The position numbers were made by a program, and so were the translations under genes. DNA of 47,040 nucleotides, counting the filler, from an uncultured Methanosarcinales archaeon (GTDB taxonomy: Archaea > Nanobdellota > Nanobdellia > Woesearchaeales > UBA12501): NCBI GenBank assembly GCA_964397315.1. It is 10 parts of 10 records of this genome, joined end to end, with 100 filler letters (N's around TTAATTAATTAA, not from the genome) between each part and the next. Parts side by side here need not be neighbours in the genome. Positions count along the whole stretch, not along the records: positions 41,084 to 44,127 come from CAYNHV010000060.1; positions 44,228 to 47,040 come from CAYNHV010000061.1; 8 more parts are not named here. One strand, given 5' to 3'. The notes under the pieces were generated by a model. It did no database searches, was not told where the DNA came from, and saw only the letters and a list, made by a program, of their open reading frames with translations. Below are positions 43,790 to 47,040 of this stretch, piece after piece (position 1 is the stretch's first letter; every line of letters begins with the position of its first letter).

Positions 43790-44022
43790 CATGCAAGCTT
43801 CTCTCTCATGAGCATTCGTTTATAGTTTTGATATATCATGGCGCTTCCAGCCCTTAGACAGGCTTGCTTGCAATTATAACTCCTGGTAATTGCCGCCCTA
43901 AAGAAACTGTTTTAATTATAATTATGATTCCAGATTCCACCCACCCTTTTTGCAGAATTACCTCGCAGGTTATCTAATTCTGTTCTTGTACAACTTCCAG
44001 CTCCTGCCTCAGATAAGCCCGC
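43790..44022 (-). repeat. Degenerate ~45-48-nt tandem array (3 units) with leader, copy C
   Basis: Leader GGGCTTAT..AAGTTGTACAA..AACCTGC..TGCA aligns without gaps to copy A. Units begin AGGGTGGGTGGAATCTGG, AGGGCGGCAATTACCAGG and AGGGCTGGAAGCGCCATG. Confidence 0.65.
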
Positions 44023-44047
44023 CCAATGATATGCTTAAAACTCGGGA

Positions 44048-44127
44048 ATAATAAAAATTTGACCATTATCTTATAAAGCAAATCCTAACCACACCCTAAA
44101 GGTTCCAAAACTTGTTTTTGGAACTAA
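44048..44127. repeat. Mosaic hairpin element, locus 3 (cut by the contig end)
   Basis: ATAATAAAAATTTGACCATTATCTTATAAAGCAAATCCTAACCACACCCTAAAGGTTCCAAAACTTGTTTTTGGAACTAA is near-identical to 19167-19246. Confidence 0.88.
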
Positions 44128-44243
44128 NNNNNNNNNNNNNNNNNNNNNNNNNNNNNNNNNNNNNNNNNNNNTTAATTAATTAANNNNNNNNNNNNNNNNN
44201 NNNNNNNNNNNNNNNNNNNNNNNNNNNCATTGTCAGCAGCGCT

Positions 44244-45200
44244 TTGGGACTTTCTTCTAGCCCAAGGTCTTTCTCAAGAAGGAGCTTCCTCTACGCAACA
44301 GGCATCTCAGCACTTGCAGCAGCCTGCTCAGGCTCTGGAGGAAGCTCAGGCAATAATGACACGCCTTCTGACACAACGCCTCCTGCAGCCACTGACATTT
44401 ACGCTTACGAGTCTGACGAGCATGGGGAGCTTGTTGATCTTGTATGGCAAAGCCCTGGTGATGACAACCTTGAGGGAACTCCATCCTATTTCCTGATTAA
44501 ATACTCAGCAGACCCCATACTCACAGAAGAAGCATGGGACAAAGCCTCGGACCTTGGAAGCATTGATGCAGTAGGCCCTGTCGGAACTAATTATGACGAG
44601 ACACTGCCCTGCCCTGCAGGAGAGTGGTACTTTGGAATAAAAACCTTTGACGAGGCAGGCAACGCAAGCGAAGTATCAGACTACCCGCAAGGAACACCAG
44701 TCAAAGTCCCAACAAGAGAAGAGTTTTATGTTGATAAATGGCTGCCTGGAGGCAAATGTTGGTTAAATTATGATGAGTCGGTAGCTCTCATGCAGGGAGA
44801 CGCTTCAAACGGTGTTGATAGTAAGGCTCGTCAACTTGCAGAGATATTTATAAACACGAATGATTCAGATGGGGTTGCTTGGAGCAGTTATGCTACTGTT
44901 GATGAGATAGAGGCTAATCTTTTGGATTATTCTGATGGGACCTTAGCAATAAACAATCCTGAGTTCATAAAGAATATTACAGACGCAGGTAATCTCAGTT
45001 CCAGAGCAATGGGTTTCCGTTGTAATATAGATGTAACTGATGGGAATGTAGTTGAACAAAGAGTTCAAGATTTCAAGGACATGAATGACACGCAATTTAA
45101 CCAAGTATATGGGATTATAAGAGATTCCCTAATTCAACAAGTATCTGCATACCCCGGCAGATACGATAATATCAATCTCGATTACGACCCTGATTGGTAG
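44244..45200 (+). CDS. Tat-exported lipoprotein with a fibronectin type III-like domain (5' end may be cut)
   Basis: SRRSFL twin-arginine motif, LAAAC lipobox, VDLVWQSPGDD...YFLIKYS...YFGIKTFDEAGNASEVS. Confidence 0.75.
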   Translation: MGLSSSPRSFSRRSFLYATGISALAAACSGSGGSSGNNDTPSDTTPPAATDIYAYESDEHGELVDLVWQSPGDDNLEGTPSYFLIKYSADPILTEEAWDKASDLGSIDAVGPVGTNYDETLPCPAGEWYFGIKTFDEAGNASEVSDYPQGTPVKVPTREEFYVDKWLPGGKCWLNYDESVALMQGDASNGVDSKARQLAEIFINTNDSDGVAWSSYATVDEIEANLLDYSDGTLAINNPEFIKNITDAGNLSSRAMGFRCNIDVTDGNVVEQRVQDFKDMNDTQFNQVYGIIRDSLIQQVSAYPGRYDNINLDYDPDW

Positions 45201-45236
45201 AAATATTTATAAAATACATTCTCAATAAGCTCTTTT

Positions 45237-47040
45237 ATGTATAAAAAGAGGCTATTAGCTACACTTCTAGTTATCGTTATACTTATCACTCTGGCCTCCT
45301 ACCAAGCCTTTGCAGCATGCGATAATGACGGCGTGTGCGAGGAAGGAGAAACAAAATCCACCTGCGAGTTTGATTGTACCTCTTCAGCCATATGCGGCGA
45401 TGGAAATTGTGATCCTGACACAAATAACGAAGATTGCACAACCTGTTCTATAGATTGTGGCTCATGTACTGGTGAATCATGCTCAGAAGATTCAGAATGT
45501 AACAGCGGCAATTGCATTTACGACTGCACTGAAGAACAGAAAATCTGCAAGTCAGAAGGTGAAACTGCCCCCGAATGCTGCTCTGATTCTGATTGCGATG
45601 ATGGTCAGGCCTGTACTGTTGATTCTTGTGATTCCGGCTCTTGTTCTCATGAGCCTGTTTCCTGTCCTTCTAATCAGGAGTGTGATCCTGAGACCGGTTC
45701 TTGCGTGTGCGGCTCCGGCTATGCTGATTGTGATGGTGACTCATCCAATGGGTGCGAGACCCAGCTGGGGACTTTATCAGACTGTTTGAGCTGCGGTGAC
45801 AGTTGTGATGACGGTCTTGACTGCACTGATGATGCCTGCACTGACGGAGGCTGCGAGCATACTGACACCTGCACTACTGGCTCCTGCACTTCTTCGGGCT
45901 GTTCCTCCTGCACTGATGATTCCGAGTGCAACAGCCCTCCTGGAGAGTGTTATGAGAGCCAGGGAGCCTGCTCTGGCGGTGAATGCGTTTACGACCCAAA
46001 GCCCCAAACAGCAGAGTGCGGCTCTGACACATCATGCGATTACACCGGATGTTCCGGCGCGTGCACAAGAACCGGAGAGTATGTTGATTACCATTGCGAC
46101 GGCTCTGGCACCTGCATTGGCGAGACAAAATCCTGCTCAGAGCCTTGCCCTTCTGGAACGAGCTGCTCTGCAGGAGCTTGCGTTTCAGCAGAAGAGGACT
46201 GCGCAAACCAGGTTGATGATGACTGCGACAGCCTCATTGACTGCCAGGACTCTGATTGTGATGGAGCTTCTGAGTGCGTTGACCCCTGCGATGGCGTCTC
46301 CTGCAACTCTCCAGGAGAGTGCGAGGTGCTTCCCGGAACCTGCGATGATGGCATCTGCTCTTACACTAATGCTCCAGCAGGAACCTCATGCGACAGTGGA
46401 GTCTGCACCTCATCAGGGGATTGCGTTGAATGCCTGAACGGGCAGGCAAGAGAATGCCCGAGCCAGTCCGGAGTCTGCGAGAACAGCATGATGACCTGCG
46501 AGAACAATGAATGGCAGTCCTGCGATTACTCATCCTATTCAGGGGATTATGAGGCTTCTGAAGCATCATGCGATGACGGCATGGATAATGATTGTGATGG
46601 AAGCATTGACTGTGGTGATTTTGATTGCTCTGATGCTGCTGTTTGCGCGTGCTCTTCAGGCTCTGAATCCTGCTATTCAGGAAGGGAGGGAACAGAGGGG
46701 GTTGGCATCTGCAAGGCAGGAGAGAGAACCTGCGAGAATGGAGTTTGGAGCGGCTGCATTGGAGAAGTAACACCAACCACAGAGGTTTGTGATGGGAAGG
46801 ATAATGATTGCGACGGCCAGGTTGATGAGGGCTTTGATAATGACAATGACGGCTTTACTTCCTGCGGTGGAGACTGCGATGATGATGACGAGACAATAAA
46901 CCCTGGTGCAGAAGAGGATTGCGACGGCATTGACTCAAACTGCAACAATATCCCTGATGTTGAGGAAAAGAAGCAGGATGGGAGCAACCTGTGCAGCTGC
47001 AACTTCATAAAGGACTCTCTAAAGGTTTCGGATATTAGAA
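45237..47040 (+). CDS. Large secreted Cys/Asp-rich repeat surface protein running off the window end (absent from the ORF track)
   Basis: ATG at 45237, signal peptide MYKKRLLATLLVIVILITLASYQAFA, and a frame open to the window end (>600 codons). Repeats include CGDGNCD, CDDGQACTVDSC, DDDCDSLIDCQDSDC, EVCDGKDNDCDGQVDEG and DCDDDDETINPGAEEDCDGIDSNCN. Confidence 0.9.
   Translation, partial: MYKKRLLATLLVIVILITLASYQAFAACDNDGVCEEGETKSTCEFDCTSSAICGDGNCDPDTNNEDCTTCSIDCGSCTGESCSEDSECNSGNCIYDCTEEQKICKSEGETAPECCSDSDCDDGQACTVDSCDSGSCSHEPVSCPSNQECDPETGSCVCGSGYADCDGDSSNGCETQLGTLSDCLSCGDSCDDGLDCTDDACTDGGCEHTDTCTTGSCTSSGCSSCTDDSECNSPPGECYESQGACSGGECVYDPKPQTAECGSDTSCDYTGCSGACTRTGEYVDYHCDGSGTCIGETKSCSEPCPSGTSCSAGACVSAEEDCANQVDDDCDSLIDCQDSDCDGASECVDPCDGVSCNSPGECEVLPGTCDDGICSYTNAPAGTSCDSGVCTSSGDCVECLNGQARECPSQSGVCENSMMTCENNEWQSCDYSSYSGDYEASEASCDDGMDNDCDGSIDCGDFDCSDAAVCACSSGSESCYSGREGTEGVGICKAGERTCENGVWSGCIGEVTPTTEVCDGKDNDCDGQVDEGFDNDNDGFTSCGGDCDDDDETINPGAEEDCDGIDSNCNNIPDVEEKKQDGSNLCSCNFIKDSLKVSDIR

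Noticed and set aside
45299..47008. Several overlapping ORFs on both strands
   Set aside because: They are shadows of the single Cys-rich frame that starts at 45237.

Overview
The window is not contiguous DNA. It holds ten assembly contigs joined by 100-nt N/TTAATTAATTAA/N linkers and ordered by decreasing length, so gene order across a linker means nothing. The gene content is archaeal: aIF5B, L34e, L14e, archaeal PheS/PheT, a stand-alone 5S rRNA and TATA-box promoters, together with bacterial-type RpiB and HU. This mix fits a DPANN (Woesearchaeota-like) genome bin, which is an inference. Four signals stand out. (1) An integron-like locus: a Xer/IntI-like tyrosine recombinase lacking the IntI-specific insertion, an adjacent AAC...GTT attC-like hairpin, and an AT-rich three-gene cassette (methyltransferase-like, orphan receiver domain, ADP-ribosyltransferase-like) enclosed by ~150-bp imperfect inverted arms. 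(2) A two-gene RelA/SpoT-type pair, a separate HD hydrolase followed by a synthetase whose catalytic domain is split by a ~280-aa insert. (3) A dispersed family of degenerate ~45-nt tandem arrays with a shared leader, in three copies. (4) Nested mosaic hairpin elements with compensatory base changes and GAA-triloop DNA mini-hairpins. Large secreted Cys-rich and beta-helix surface proteins are also present, one of them missing from the ORF track.
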